32,000 nt of DNA from an uncultured Gemmataceae bacterium (GTDB taxonomy: Bacteria > Planctomycetota > Planctomycetia > Gemmatales > Gemmataceae): the NCBI GenBank assembly GCA_963804745.1, contig CAWDRY010000006.1, positions 8,668-40,667 on the forward strand. The letters are read 5' to 3'. The notes below the pieces were generated by a model, which was given only the letters and a program-made list of their open reading frames with translations, did no database searches and was not told the origin of the DNA. Every line of letters begins with the position of its first letter. The stretch's first letter is position 1. A program made the position numbers and the translations under genes. This document shows positions 8,974 to 17,074 of this stretch, piece after piece.

Positions 8974-9088
8974 GAATCGACCTCCAAAAATGTTGTTCAA
9001 TACGACTCTATGCGGACCTATCGGTGATATTATACGGTGACGTACAAAGTTGCCAGCCTGGGGCGTGAAACATGCTTTCTTTTAAGTC

Positions 9089-9137
9089 TTGACCGGAAAC
9101 AGTCGAAGAGATATATTACTGCGTAGTTATATTACTG
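9089..9137 (+). promoter_or_regulatory. candidate sigma70-type promoter with a direct-repeat operator upstream of arsR
   Basis: TTGACC (9089-9094), a 17-nt spacer, then TATATT (9112-9117), inside an AT-rich island. The 10-nt direct repeat TATATTACTG occurs at 9112-9121 and 9128-9137. GGGAG RBS before the ATG at 9162. Confidence 0.35.
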
Positions 9138-9161
9138 GAGACGAATAGAAGGGAGAACCTC

Positions 9162-9569
9162 ATGGCCATCAGCCGCATTGACCTCATGTTCCGGGCCTTC
9201 TCCGATCACACGCGCCTGCGCATCCTTTCACTGTTGCAGGGCGCGGAGTGTTGCGTGGGCGACCTCGTGGACATCCTCCAAACCGAACAGCCCAGCATAT
9301 CTCGGCACCTGGCTTACTTGCGGCGGGCCGGCCTGGTGGCTGTCCGCAAGTCCAAACAGTGGAGCTATTACTCGCTGGCACCGGCCCGAGGAGAGTTTCA
9401 TCAGAGACTGTTGGAGTGTCTGGCCTGCTGCTTCCAAGAGGTACCCCAGATCCAGGCCGACCGGGCCATAGCGGGCAAGGTCAAGGAAGCCGGGGGCTGC
9501 TGCCCAGGGACAGCCCGTTCCAAGGCAACACCAAAGCTAAAGTCCAGGCGTTCCTGCGTTAATTTTTGA
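9162..9569 (+). CDS. arsR: ArsR/SmtB-family metalloregulator with several vicinal Cys pairs
   Basis: FRAFSDHTRLRILSLL...CCVGDLVDIL...QPSISRHLAYLRRAGLV...R+...W.YY is a typical ArsR wHTH. Cys30-31 sit at the position of the ELCVCDL site, with further pairs at C89-C90 and C113-C114. Confidence 0.85.
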   Translation: MAISRIDLMFRAFSDHTRLRILSLLQGAECCVGDLVDILQTEQPSISRHLAYLRRAGLVAVRKSKQWSYYSLAPARGEFHQRLLECLACCFQEVPQIQADRAIAGKVKEAGGCCPGTARSKATPKLKSRRSCVNF

Positions 9570-9579
9570 GGGGAAGGCC

Positions 9580-9831
9580 ATGCCGAAAGCCGACCATCGA
9601 CCTTGTTACGGAACCATTTTCCCCGAACCCCGGCACGCCGACTCGGTTGGACAGATGAGGGGCAAGGTATTCTCTTTGCAGGCGGTGACCCCGGCCGGGA
9701 TGCTTCCGCAGGTTCGCACGGTGGCGGCCGACCTCAGCCAGTGGGATGACTGCCTGGAATGCCCGGAGTTCAGCCATTGCTACCAGTTCTGCATGGCAAG
9801 GCTGGCTCTTGCGACTGCAATCAACACCTGA
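9580..9831 (+). CDS. small Cys-containing hypothetical protein
   Basis: 83-aa ORF starting 10 nt after the arsR stop, with a GAGGGGAAGG RBS-like tract. Third-codon positions are GC-rich. CLECPEFSHCYQFC motif. No family recognised. An overlapping antisense ORF also exists. Confidence 0.4.
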   Translation: MPKADHRPCYGTIFPEPRHADSVGQMRGKVFSLQAVTPAGMLPQVRTVAADLSQWDDCLECPEFSHCYQFCMARLALATAINT

Positions 9832-9942
9832 CTGGATACCCAAGACGGAACCTTGGGTGAAAACCATCGAAAATAATGTATGGACCGCGGGCTGACTGCC
9901 CCAGTAAGTCGGCCCTATTCTGTCAAGGAGAGAGGTGTCTTT

Positions 9943-10716
9943 ATGCGTCACTATTTACTGCGGGGCCTTGTCACGGCCCTGGTTCTGTATGGGATCAGCC
10001 ACTGGGCCGATTTCTCTTTGCGGGCACAGTCTGCCGTTCCCGCATCGGCCGGCGAGACAGCCATCGCCACGGCAGCCCAGGAGAACAAGTACCTGTTCAT
10101 CATGTTCTGGAAAGAGGACGACATGACCGCCCGGACCATGTGGCAGACACTCAAGACAGCCGTGGGCAAGTACGAGCGCTATGCCAAGACCCTTCAGGTG
10201 AATGTCACGAGTCCGGCCGAGAAAGTCCTGGTGGATCGCTATGCCCTGAGCCGTTCGCCCATGCCCCTGGTCATGTCCATTGCGCCGAATGGGGCCATCA
10301 CCGGCGGCTTTCCGCTGAACCTGACGGAGCAGGACGTCGCCAGCGCTTTCGTTAACCCGGGCAAGGCCATGTGCCTGAAAGGAACCCCAGCGCGTAAGCT
10401 CGTGCTTCTTTGCGTCCTGCCGGGGCCTACCAATGTGTTGCCGACCGGGGTCCTCAACTTCAGGGCGGACCCCCAATACGGGCCATACACCGACTTGGTG
10501 ACCGTCCAGGCCAACGATACGGCCGAGGCCAGCTTTTTCCAGAGCCTCAAGATCAATCCAAATGGCACTTTCATCACGGTGTTGCTGGCGCCGCCGAACA
10601 AGATGCTAGGGGCTTTTGAGGGAGCCGTCAGCATGGAGCAACTCGTCGAGCTGCTCAAGTCCGCCAAGAGTCCCTGCGCCGGAGGCCAATGTGGGCCGGG
10701 CGGTTGTGGGCCGTAA
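9943..10716 (+). CDS. exported double thioredoxin-fold-like protein with a C-terminal SPCAGGQCGPGGCGP tail
   Basis: AAGGAGAGAGG lies before the ATG at 9943. Signal or anchor MRHYLLRGLVTALVLYGISHWA. Two Trx-like halves (KYLFIMFWKEDD...PMPLVMSIAPNGAITG; KLVLLCVLPG...GTFITVLLAPPNKMLG), neither with a CxxC. The protein ends in a three-Cys tail. Confidence 0.6.
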   Translation: MRHYLLRGLVTALVLYGISHWADFSLRAQSAVPASAGETAIATAAQENKYLFIMFWKEDDMTARTMWQTLKTAVGKYERYAKTLQVNVTSPAEKVLVDRYALSRSPMPLVMSIAPNGAITGGFPLNLTEQDVASAFVNPGKAMCLKGTPARKLVLLCVLPGPTNVLPTGVLNFRADPQYGPYTDLVTVQANDTAEASFFQSLKINPNGTFITVLLAPPNKMLGAFEGAVSMEQLVELLKSAKSPCAGGQCGPGGCGP

Positions 10717-10766
10717 TAGGAGAATGTGTCTCCTCGCGCTTGCAGCAGAGTGACATTGCTGCCGGC

Positions 10767-10841
10767 GTGGCCGGGGCTGCGTCCGCGAAGCCCCGGTAAT
10801 TGCGGTCCTTGCCGGGGCTTCGCGGACGCAGCCCCGGCCAC
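10767..10841 (+). terminator. 30-bp perfect-stem hairpin, candidate intrinsic terminator
   Basis: gtggccggggctgcgtccgcgaagccccgg (10767-10796) is the exact reverse complement of 10812-10841, with a 15-nt loop, followed by ccgcccattttgtt. It lies 50 nt after the stop at 10716. Confidence 0.55.
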
Positions 10842-10870
10842 CCGCCCATTTTGTTAGGAGGACAAAGACA

Positions 10871-12088
10871 ATGCGTCTACCGACGCTGATTAGAAAGGAA
10901 CTTTGGGAGCGGCCCATCCCGATGTTGACCTGCTTCCTGGCCATCCTGCTTGGCGTCACAGCCCTGGTGGCCATCCGCACGGTGACGGTCTTTTCCGAGT
11001 CGGCCGTCGCTCGGGAACTGGATGCCCTGGGGGCCAACGTGCTAATCCTGCCCAAGAATGTCAGCCTACAGGACTACTACGCCGCCGACCTCCACGGCGA
11101 AACGCTGCCGGAGGAATATGTCGAGCGGATCACCCTGTCCAAGCTGGAAGGCGTGGACAACCTGTCGCCCAAGCTGTGCGTGCCGGCCACGCTAGGCAAC
11201 CTGCCAGTGACGCTGACCGGTATCCTGCCCAAGAGCGAGTTCCAGGCCAAGGCCGCCTGGGGCAGCGTAGGCATTTTCACCCATCCCAGCGGCTGCGGGT
11301 CACAGGCCGACCTACCCGGCAACAAGCCCGCCGACCCGAAGACCCTGGCCCGCAAGCGTGTGATCGAGACCCTCGGCGAGCACGAGACGCTCATCGGCGC
11401 CGACGTGGCCGCTCGACACGGGCTGAAAGAGGGCGACGCGATGGAATTGCTGGGTGAGAAGTTCACTGTCCTGGCGGTGTTGCCGCCTACAGGCACAGTG
11501 GACGACGCCCGCGTCTTCGCGCACCTGCACACGGTACAACGACTGGCAGGCAAGGGGGAAGTGGTCAATGTCATCGAGGTGGTCGGCTGCTGCAAGCAGA
11601 TCGCCGGTGGGTTGGTGGACGGGCTTAACCGGCTCCTGCCCGAGGCCAAGGTGGTGACCATTACCCAGGTGGTGCAGACGCAGCAGAACGTCAACCGGCT
11701 AATGGAGCGGTTGTCTTTGATCTTCCTGGCCGTGTTGCTGGCGGTTGGAGGGGCGGCGATGGCCAGCACCCTGTACGCCAATGTCTCGGAGCGACGCAAA
11801 GAGATCGGCACCCTGATGGCTCTGGGGGCGACCCCGGGGCTGGTACTGCGGCTGATTGTGGGCAAGGCCGTGGTACTGGGATTGGCGGGAGGAGTAGGCG
11901 GTTTCCTGATTGGCAGTGCGGCGGCACTGTGGTTGGGGCCGCAACTGGCTGGTGTTTCGGTCCGTCCCCTGCCGTCACTGGCGGGGCTGGCAGTAGGTAG
12001 TGCCTTGGCAGTCACCCTGCTTGCCAGCCTGCCGCCAGCATGGCGTGCTTCCCGGCTTGATCCGTGTGTTTGTTTCAAGGAGGTTTAA
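10871..12088 (+). CDS. ABC transporter permease, FtsX/MacB-type
   Basis: AGGAGG RBS at 10855-10860. N-terminal TM, an extracytoplasmic domain of about 250 aa, then the C-terminal FtsX bundle (RRKEIGTLMALGATPGLVLRLIVGKAVVLGLAGG...ASRLDP). Confidence 0.8.
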   Translation: MRLPTLIRKELWERPIPMLTCFLAILLGVTALVAIRTVTVFSESAVARELDALGANVLILPKNVSLQDYYAADLHGETLPEEYVERITLSKLEGVDNLSPKLCVPATLGNLPVTLTGILPKSEFQAKAAWGSVGIFTHPSGCGSQADLPGNKPADPKTLARKRVIETLGEHETLIGADVAARHGLKEGDAMELLGEKFTVLAVLPPTGTVDDARVFAHLHTVQRLAGKGEVVNVIEVVGCCKQIAGGLVDGLNRLLPEAKVVTITQVVQTQQNVNRLMERLSLIFLAVLLAVGGAAMASTLYANVSERRKEIGTLMALGATPGLVLRLIVGKAVVLGLAGGVGGFLIGSAAALWLGPQLAGVSVRPLPSLAGLAVGSALAVTLLASLPPAWRASRLDPCVCFKEV

Positions 12089-12091
12089 ATC

Positions 12092-12784
12092 GTGTTGCGA
12101 CTTGAAGCAGTGAGCAAGACGTTCACCCGCCGCGGCGGCTCGGTCGTCGGCCTGCACCCCGCCTCTCTGGAAATTGACGGCGGTGACTTCGTGGCCGTGG
12201 TTGGTCCCTCGGGCAGCGGCAAGACAACATTGTTGTCGATCGTGGGCGGAATGCTGGCCCCCACGACCGGGCGGGTGTTGTTGGAAGGCCAGTCTCTCTA
12301 CGAGCTATCCGTGAGGGCGCGAACGATCCTGCGCGGTAGGAAGATCGGGTTCGTTTTCCAGACGTTCAATCTCGTCCCTTTCTTGACCGCTCTGGAAAAT
12401 GTGCAGGTGCCGCTCTACCTGGCGGGCCTCGCTCCGAAGGAACAACAGCGGCGGGCGCTGGCGGCATTAGACCGCGTCGGGCTGGCCGATCGCGTCCAAC
12501 ATAAGCCGAGCGAGTTGAGCGTTGGTCAGCAGCAGCGCGTGGCCCTGGCTCGAACGCTGGCCAATGACCCAGTTCTGATCCTGGCAGATGAGCCGACCGG
12601 TAATCTCGACCCGGCCACGCGCAAGCAGGTGCTCGAAATGTTCGATGAGTTCAACCGCGAAGGCCGCACCATTGTCATGGTCACTCATGACCCTGAAGCT
12701 GCGGGTCACGCCCGGCGGGCGTTGCTCCTGGACCAGGGGACCGTCTGTAGTGACCCGAGCGCCGGACAGGTGTGTGTGGCTTGA
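12092..12784 (+). CDS. ABC transporter ATP-binding protein (MacB/LolD-like)
   Basis: GTG start 3 nt after the permease stop. Walker [11 protein letters not shown]-loop FVFQTFNL, signature [13 protein letters not shown], Walker [13 protein letters not shown]-loop VTHD. Confidence 0.9.
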   Translation: MLRLEAVSKTFTRRGGSVVGLHPASLEIDGGDFVAVVGPSGSGKTTLLSIVGGMLAPTTGRVLLEGQSLYELSVRARTILRGRKIGFVFQTFNLVPFLTALENVQVPLYLAGLAPKEQQRRALAALDRVGLADRVQHKPSELSVGQQQRVALARTLANDPVLILADEPTGNLDPATRKQVLEMFDEFNREGRTIVMVTHDPEAAGHARRALLLDQGTVCSDPSAGQVCVA

Positions 12785-13396
12785 TAGGAAGGTCCTGCGA
12801 GCCAATCTGAAAAGGTGAGAAAGAACAAGGAGATAGATTTCCATGATTAAAGGAACATTTGTCAGCCTCATTTTGGTGGTTGGGCTTGGGTTGGCGTTTA
12901 CCCTGTCCAGTTGCAACTCTGGTCAGCGGCGGGTCCAGACAATTGTCCCAGCTCAAAGCCCCTGCGCCGGCGGCAAGTGTGGGCCCGGCGGTTGCTGTTC
13001 TTCCGGCGGTGACGGTCGGTGCTGCCCGCCGCAGGGCGGCTGGGCCGGCGGTTGCAATTATTCCGTCGGTGACGGTAGCCAGCCGACAGACCCCCACGCC
13101 GACGGTAAAAGTATAGGCCCGGCGGTTATTGCTCCTGACCCAGGGGACCGTCCGTAGTAACCTGAGTGCCGGAGAGATGTATGTGGCTTGATGGGAAAGT
13201 CCTGCGGGCCAATCTGAAAAGCGGATAAAGGACAAGGAGATAGATTTCCATGACTAAAGGAAGACTTGTCGGCCTCATTTTGGTGGTTGGGATCGGGTTG
13301 GCGTCTACCTTATGGCTGGTTCTTCACACTTCTAACGGGGATAGTTCCAGAGGGGATTCTCTGACCGGTGGCGCTGGGGTCCAGACAACTGTCCCA
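12711..13396 (+). repeat. tandem segmental duplication (offset about 406 bp)
   Basis: 12711-12950 is about 85% identical to 13117-13396. The duplicated unit carries the last ~75 bp of the ABC ATPase gene, the spacer ...caaggagatagatttccATGa(t/c)taaagg and the signal-peptide start. The second copy therefore holds a fossil of the ATPase 3' end. Confidence 0.8.
12843..13157 (+). CDS. small Cys-rich putative lipoprotein (signal peptide fused directly to an [13 protein letters not shown] motif)
   Basis: AAGGAGA RBS. MIKGTFVSLILVVGLGLAFTLSSC is a lipobox-like signal. It is followed by [41 protein letters not shown]. The stop lies inside the duplicated fossil of the ABC ATPase 3' end. Confidence 0.5.
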   Translation: MIKGTFVSLILVVGLGLAFTLSSCNSGQRRVQTIVPAQSPCAGGKCGPGGCCSSGGDGRCCPPQGGWAGGCNYSVGDGSQPTDPHADGKSIGPAVIAPDPGDRP

Positions 13397-14080
13397 AGCC
13401 TCGACATCTCCCGGGCAAGCCACTCTGGAAGCCGCTGCCCAGGAAAATAAGTACATGTTCATGCTGTTCTGGAAAGAGGATGACTCCGCCACGCAGTCTT
13501 TGCGGCAGACACTCGATGCCGTCCTGGTTAAGCGCGTTGAAAAGGCCGCGGTGGCTCACGTGCATGTCAGCGACCCGGCGGAAAAGGCTTTGATCGATCG
13601 TCTAGCCCTGAACCGCTCGCCCATGCCCTTGGTCTTGGCCTTTGCGCCCAACGGCGCTATCACCGGCGTCTTTCCACTGAAGCTTACTGAGCAGGACGTG
13701 GCCAGCGCCTTTGTAAGCCCGGGTATGGCTAGTTGTCTGAAAGGAACCCAGCGCGTAAACTGGTGCTCCTGTGCGTGCAACCGGAACCAGGTAGCGAGTT
13801 ACCGGCCGGCGTCCGGGATTTCAAGGCGGACAGCGAGTATGGACCCAATACCGAAATAGTTACTGTCCGGGCCGACGACACAGCCGAGGCCGACTTTCTG
13901 CACAGCCTTGAGATCAAGCCCACTGGCACCGTTATCACGGCGCTGCTGGCTCCGCCGGGCAACATGCTCGGGGCTTTCGAGGGAGCCGTCACCAAGGACC
14001 GTCTGGTGGAATGCATTAGTGCGGCTCGAAGCCCCTGCGCCGGCGGCAAGTGTGGGCCAGGCGGTTGTGGGGCGAATTAG
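13250..14080 (+). pseudogene. paralog of the 9943..10716 Trx-fold/Cys-tail protein, two frame switches as sequenced
   Basis: Signal peptide in ORF 13250..13450. Trx-like half 1 in ORF 13368..13859 (AAQENKYMFMLFWKEDD...PMPLVLAFAPNGAITG). Half 2 and the tail [16 protein letters not shown] in ORF 13733..14080. The second switch is at ccc 13747-13749, where the paralog has cccc (10385-10388). Confidence 0.7.
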
Positions 14081-14165
14081 CATCAGGCTTCTTATCCTGG
14101 CAAGATGTTCGCCTATAATAGCGACTCGGTCGTCCGCCTTTACCCGGTATCGCTGGAGATTAGTC

Positions 14166-15287
14166 GTGCTTGCAACACAAGCAGAACCGAAGACCCTAAC
14201 TTGTCCGCTGCCGCGCCTGTCCTTCCTGGATCGCTTTCTGACGCTGTGGATCTTCCTGGCCATGGCCGTGGGTGTGGGCCTCGGTCACTTTGTCCCGGCC
14301 GTCAAAGGGCTTATCAACCAGTTCCAGGCGGGCACTACCAACATCCCCATCGCCATCGGCCTGATTCTGATGATGTACCCGCCGCTGGCCAAGGTGAAGT
14401 ACGAAGAACTGGGAGACGTTTTTCGCAACTGGAAGATCTTGAGCCTGTCGCTGGTGCAAAACTGGGTGATCGGGCCGATCCTGATGTTCGGGCTTGCTGT
14501 CGCCTTCTTCGGGCTGTTGGCGCCGGTCGTCTTCGGTGAGAACCCCAAGTACACCGAATATATGATCGGGCTGATTATGATCGGGCTGGCCCGCTGCATC
14601 GCCATGGTGATCGTTTGGAATGAACTTGGCAAGGGTGACACCGAATACTGTGCAGGTCTGGTGGCCTTCAACAGCGTCTTCCAGATCGTCTTCTACAGCG
14701 TCTACGCATGGGTTTTCATCACCCTGCTGCCGCCCCTGCTTGGCCTGCAGGGCAGCGCGGTCGCTGTCACCATGGGCCAGATCGCGGAGAGTGTCTTCAT
14801 TTACCTGGGCATTCCCTTCCTCGCTGGTCTGTTGAGCCGCGTGGTGCTGTTCAAGATCAAGGGCCGCGAGTGGTACGAAAAGCGGTTCATTCCGCGCATC
14901 AGTCCGATTACACTGATTGCCCTGCTCTTCACCATTCTCGTGATGTTCAGCCTCAAGGGCGAGCAAATCGTCCGCATTCCCGTCGATGTGTTGCTGATCG
15001 CGATTCCGCTATTGATCTACTTCGTGGTCATGTTCCTGGTCAGCTTCTGGATGGGCAAGCGCATCGGTGCGGACTACTCCCAGACCGCCACCCTGTCGTT
15101 CACGGCGGCCAGCAACAACTTCGAACTTGCCATCGCCGTGGCGGTCGCAGTGTTCGGCATCGGCTCCGGCGTTGCCTTCGCCGCCGTCATCGGCCCTCTG
15201 GTGGAGGTGCCGGTTTTGATCGGCCTTGTCAATGTGGCGTTGTATTTCCGGCGGCGGTACTTCCGAGCCGACCAGTCCGGCGGATAG
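14166..15287 (+). CDS. acr3: ACR3-family arsenite efflux transporter
   Basis: [23 protein letters not shown]...[23 protein letters not shown]...[14 protein letters not shown] is the ACR3 signature region. About 10 TM segments. GTG at 14166 follows GGAG. The ORF track extends upstream to 13908, but that part overlaps the previous gene. Confidence 0.85.
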   Translation: MLATQAEPKTLTCPLPRLSFLDRFLTLWIFLAMAVGVGLGHFVPAVKGLINQFQAGTTNIPIAIGLILMMYPPLAKVKYEELGDVFRNWKILSLSLVQNWVIGPILMFGLAVAFFGLLAPVVFGENPKYTEYMIGLIMIGLARCIAMVIVWNELGKGDTEYCAGLVAFNSVFQIVFYSVYAWVFITLLPPLLGLQGSAVAVTMGQIAESVFIYLGIPFLAGLLSRVVLFKIKGREWYEKRFIPRISPITLIALLFTILVMFSLKGEQIVRIPVDVLLIAIPLLIYFVVMFLVSFWMGKRIGADYSQTATLSFTAASNNFELAIAVAVAVFGIGSGVAFAAVIGPLVEVPVLIGLVNVALYFRRRYFRADQSGG

Positions 15288-15297
15288 GAGAGCGGCC

Positions 15298-15831
15298 ATG
15301 GAACAGGAGCATTCGCATTTGCATGGCCCAATCAAGGGAAAGCGATGCCGGCCACAATTTCGCAGACGCCTTGTTCAGGAGCAAATGTTTATGGGTGACC
15401 AGACCCAACCTGTCTTCCCCCGCCTACGAGTTCTATTCGTCTGTATCGAGAACTCGAACCGGAGTCAGATGGCCGAAGCTTTCGCTCGTTTCCACGGTGG
15501 CGGCAAGATCGACGTCTACAGCGCGGGCTCGCGACCGTCGGGGCGAATCAATCCCCGAGCGGTGGAGTTCATGAAAGAGGTCGGCTACGACCTGTCCACC
15601 CACCAGTCCAAGTCGCTCAACGATCTGCCGGATTTCCCTTTTGATGTGGCCGTGACGATGGGCTGCGGCGATGCCTGTCCGCTGGTACGGGCGAAGCGGC
15701 GCGAGGAATGGAACATCCCCGATCCGAAAGACCTGCCAGCCGAGGAGTTCCGGAAGGTTCGCGACTTGATCGAAAGCAAGGTCAAGGACCTGCTGGCCAA
15801 CATTTATGACCTGGCTGAGCATCAGGTTTGA
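15298..15831 (+). CDS. arsC: LMW-PTP-family arsenate reductase
   Basis: LRVLFVCIENSNRSQMAEAF carries the CX5R(S) P-loop. Also SAGSRPSGRINPRAVEFMKEVGYDLS and VTMGCGDACP...WNIPDP. AGGAG lies 7 nt before the ATG at 15298. Alternative starts at 15385 and 15391. Confidence 0.8.
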   Translation: MEQEHSHLHGPIKGKRCRPQFRRRLVQEQMFMGDQTQPVFPRLRVLFVCIENSNRSQMAEAFARFHGGGKIDVYSAGSRPSGRINPRAVEFMKEVGYDLSTHQSKSLNDLPDFPFDVAVTMGCGDACPLVRAKRREEWNIPDPKDLPAEEFRKVRDLIESKVKDLLANIYDLAEHQV

Positions 15832-15842
15832 ATCATAATCCC

Positions 15843-16621
15843 TCAGCCCTTGAGCTTTTGAAAGATCCCGGCCAGTTTGGTCTTGTAAATCGTGCGGACC
15901 ATCTCCTCGTCATCGTGGAGCGGCTTGACTGGCACAAGGTCCATCACATCTTCGGCGCTCAGGCCGGAACCGAAGAAGCTCTGTGCTGCACCTGTGACCA
16001 TCGCGGCTAGCCCCGCATCCACTTCACCGAGAGACAGACCGAACGATAGACCCAGTTCGCGGAGTTGCTGGAACTGGAACCAGAGGTAAGTCGGTCCCAT
16101 CGCCGTCAGCACTGCATAGGCTTCCAGTTTCTCCTCCGGCACGACTGGGCAAGCCCCCAGCATACGCAAGAGGTCCAGCACTTTCCCGCGGCCCCATTCA
16201 TCGAGGCCCGGCCCGAAACTGACGGGGTTGTAGCCCGCGCCAATCAGCGACGGCGCATTCGGGATGGTGCGGGCGATGCGGGCAAAGCCGTCCAGCGCTG
16301 CGCTCAACTTCGAGATGGTGATCTTGGGGGCAAGGGACACAACCACGGCATCGGGCCGCAGATGCCCGGCCAGCGGCTTGAGGGCTTCCAGCAATACGGG
16401 CGGGTGGACAGCCACGAATACATGGTCCATATGTCCCAGCGCCAGGGCGCATCCGGCGTGCTGCGGATGGTCGGGAACTGCTCCTTGAGCTTCTTCAGTA
16501 CCTCGCTGTTCGGCTCACTGACGACCACCTCGGCAGGCATGTACTCGGCCCGTTGCCAACCGCTCAAGATAATCCGAGCGATCCTTCCTCCACCGATAAA
16601 ACCGACTGTGTTTGCTGCCAT
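15843..16621 (-). pseudogene. pyrroline-5-carboxylate-reductase-like NAD(P) oxidoreductase, one frameshift as sequenced
   Basis: AGGAG RBS and ATG at 16621. Rossmann N-terminus MAANTVGFIGGGRIARIIL in ORF 16304..16687. The remainder (VFVAVHPPVLLEAL...IPNAPSLIGAGYNPVSF...EKLEAYAVLTAMGPTY) is in ORF 15843..16430. Frame switch at about 16445-16465. Confidence 0.55.
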
Positions 16622-16769
16622 GATATTATCTCCTGTTACACAATTCATTTCCTGCTCACGCGCTGGCGGCCGCCGGAAACCAGCCACGGGTCCGGTTACA
16701 GGCGGCGCAGACGGTCAGCATCACCGGCACTTCAACCAGTCCTTTCACCCGAGAACTTTGGCAAGCAAG

Positions 16770-17063
16770 TCAGCAACAATCCGTATCCGAACAGCAGCAG
16801 CTAGACTTGCCGCCCCGCAGTGCCCCCTTGATGATCGCCGTGGCACAACCAACGCCCGAGCGGACCGAGATGGCTCCTGTGGGGCAGTTCTTGGCGCAGG
16901 CGCCACACTCCATGCAGGCATCACGGTCGGCGATCCTCGCCTTCCTGGTCTCAATGGCAAACACAGCATGCGGGCAGACGTTGACGCACATGCCGCAACC
17001 GTTGCACCGTGATTCCACGAGAGTCAAAGTCACGGAGTCTGACAAGTAGCGCAAGCCAACCAT
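16770..17063 (-). CDS. hgcB: HgcB, 2x[4Fe-4S] ferredoxin of the mercury-methylation pair
   Basis: GGGAGGA RBS and ATG at 17063, 11 nt after the hgcA stop. 97 aa: CNGCGMCVNVCPH, then DRDACMECGACAKNCPTGA, with a C-terminal Cys tail SSCCCSDTDCC. Confidence 0.85.
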   Translation of the reverse strand: MVGLRYLSDSVTLTLVESRCNGCGMCVNVCPHAVFAIETRKARIADRDACMECGACAKNCPTGAISVRSGVGCATAIIKGALRGGKSSCCCSDTDCC

Positions 17064-17074
17064 CACCGTCCTCC

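Noticed and set aside
9559-9951. 130-aa minus-strand ORF overlapping the small Cys ORF and the start of the Trx-fold gene
   Set aside because: It overlaps two co-directional plus-strand genes that have RBSs and lie in an operon-like series. It has no RBS and no recognisable motif.
11077-12078. 333-aa minus-strand ORF opposite the ABC permease
   Set aside because: It is a low-complexity Ala/Arg/Ser/Thr/Pro-rich translation, typical of the antisense frame in high-GC genes. The plus-strand FtsX reading has clear family motifs.
13908-14165. N-terminal extension of the ACR3 ORF back to 13908
   Set aside because: This part overlaps the 3' end of the Trx-fold paralog in another frame and reads as Arg/Ser/Trp-rich nonsense. 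ACR3 homology begins at ...[13 protein letters not shown], just after the GTG at 14166, which has a GGAG upstream.
14196-14966. 256-aa minus-strand ORF opposite ACR3
   Set aside because: It is an antisense artefact (charged and low-complexity, no motifs). The plus-strand ACR3 signature is unambiguous.
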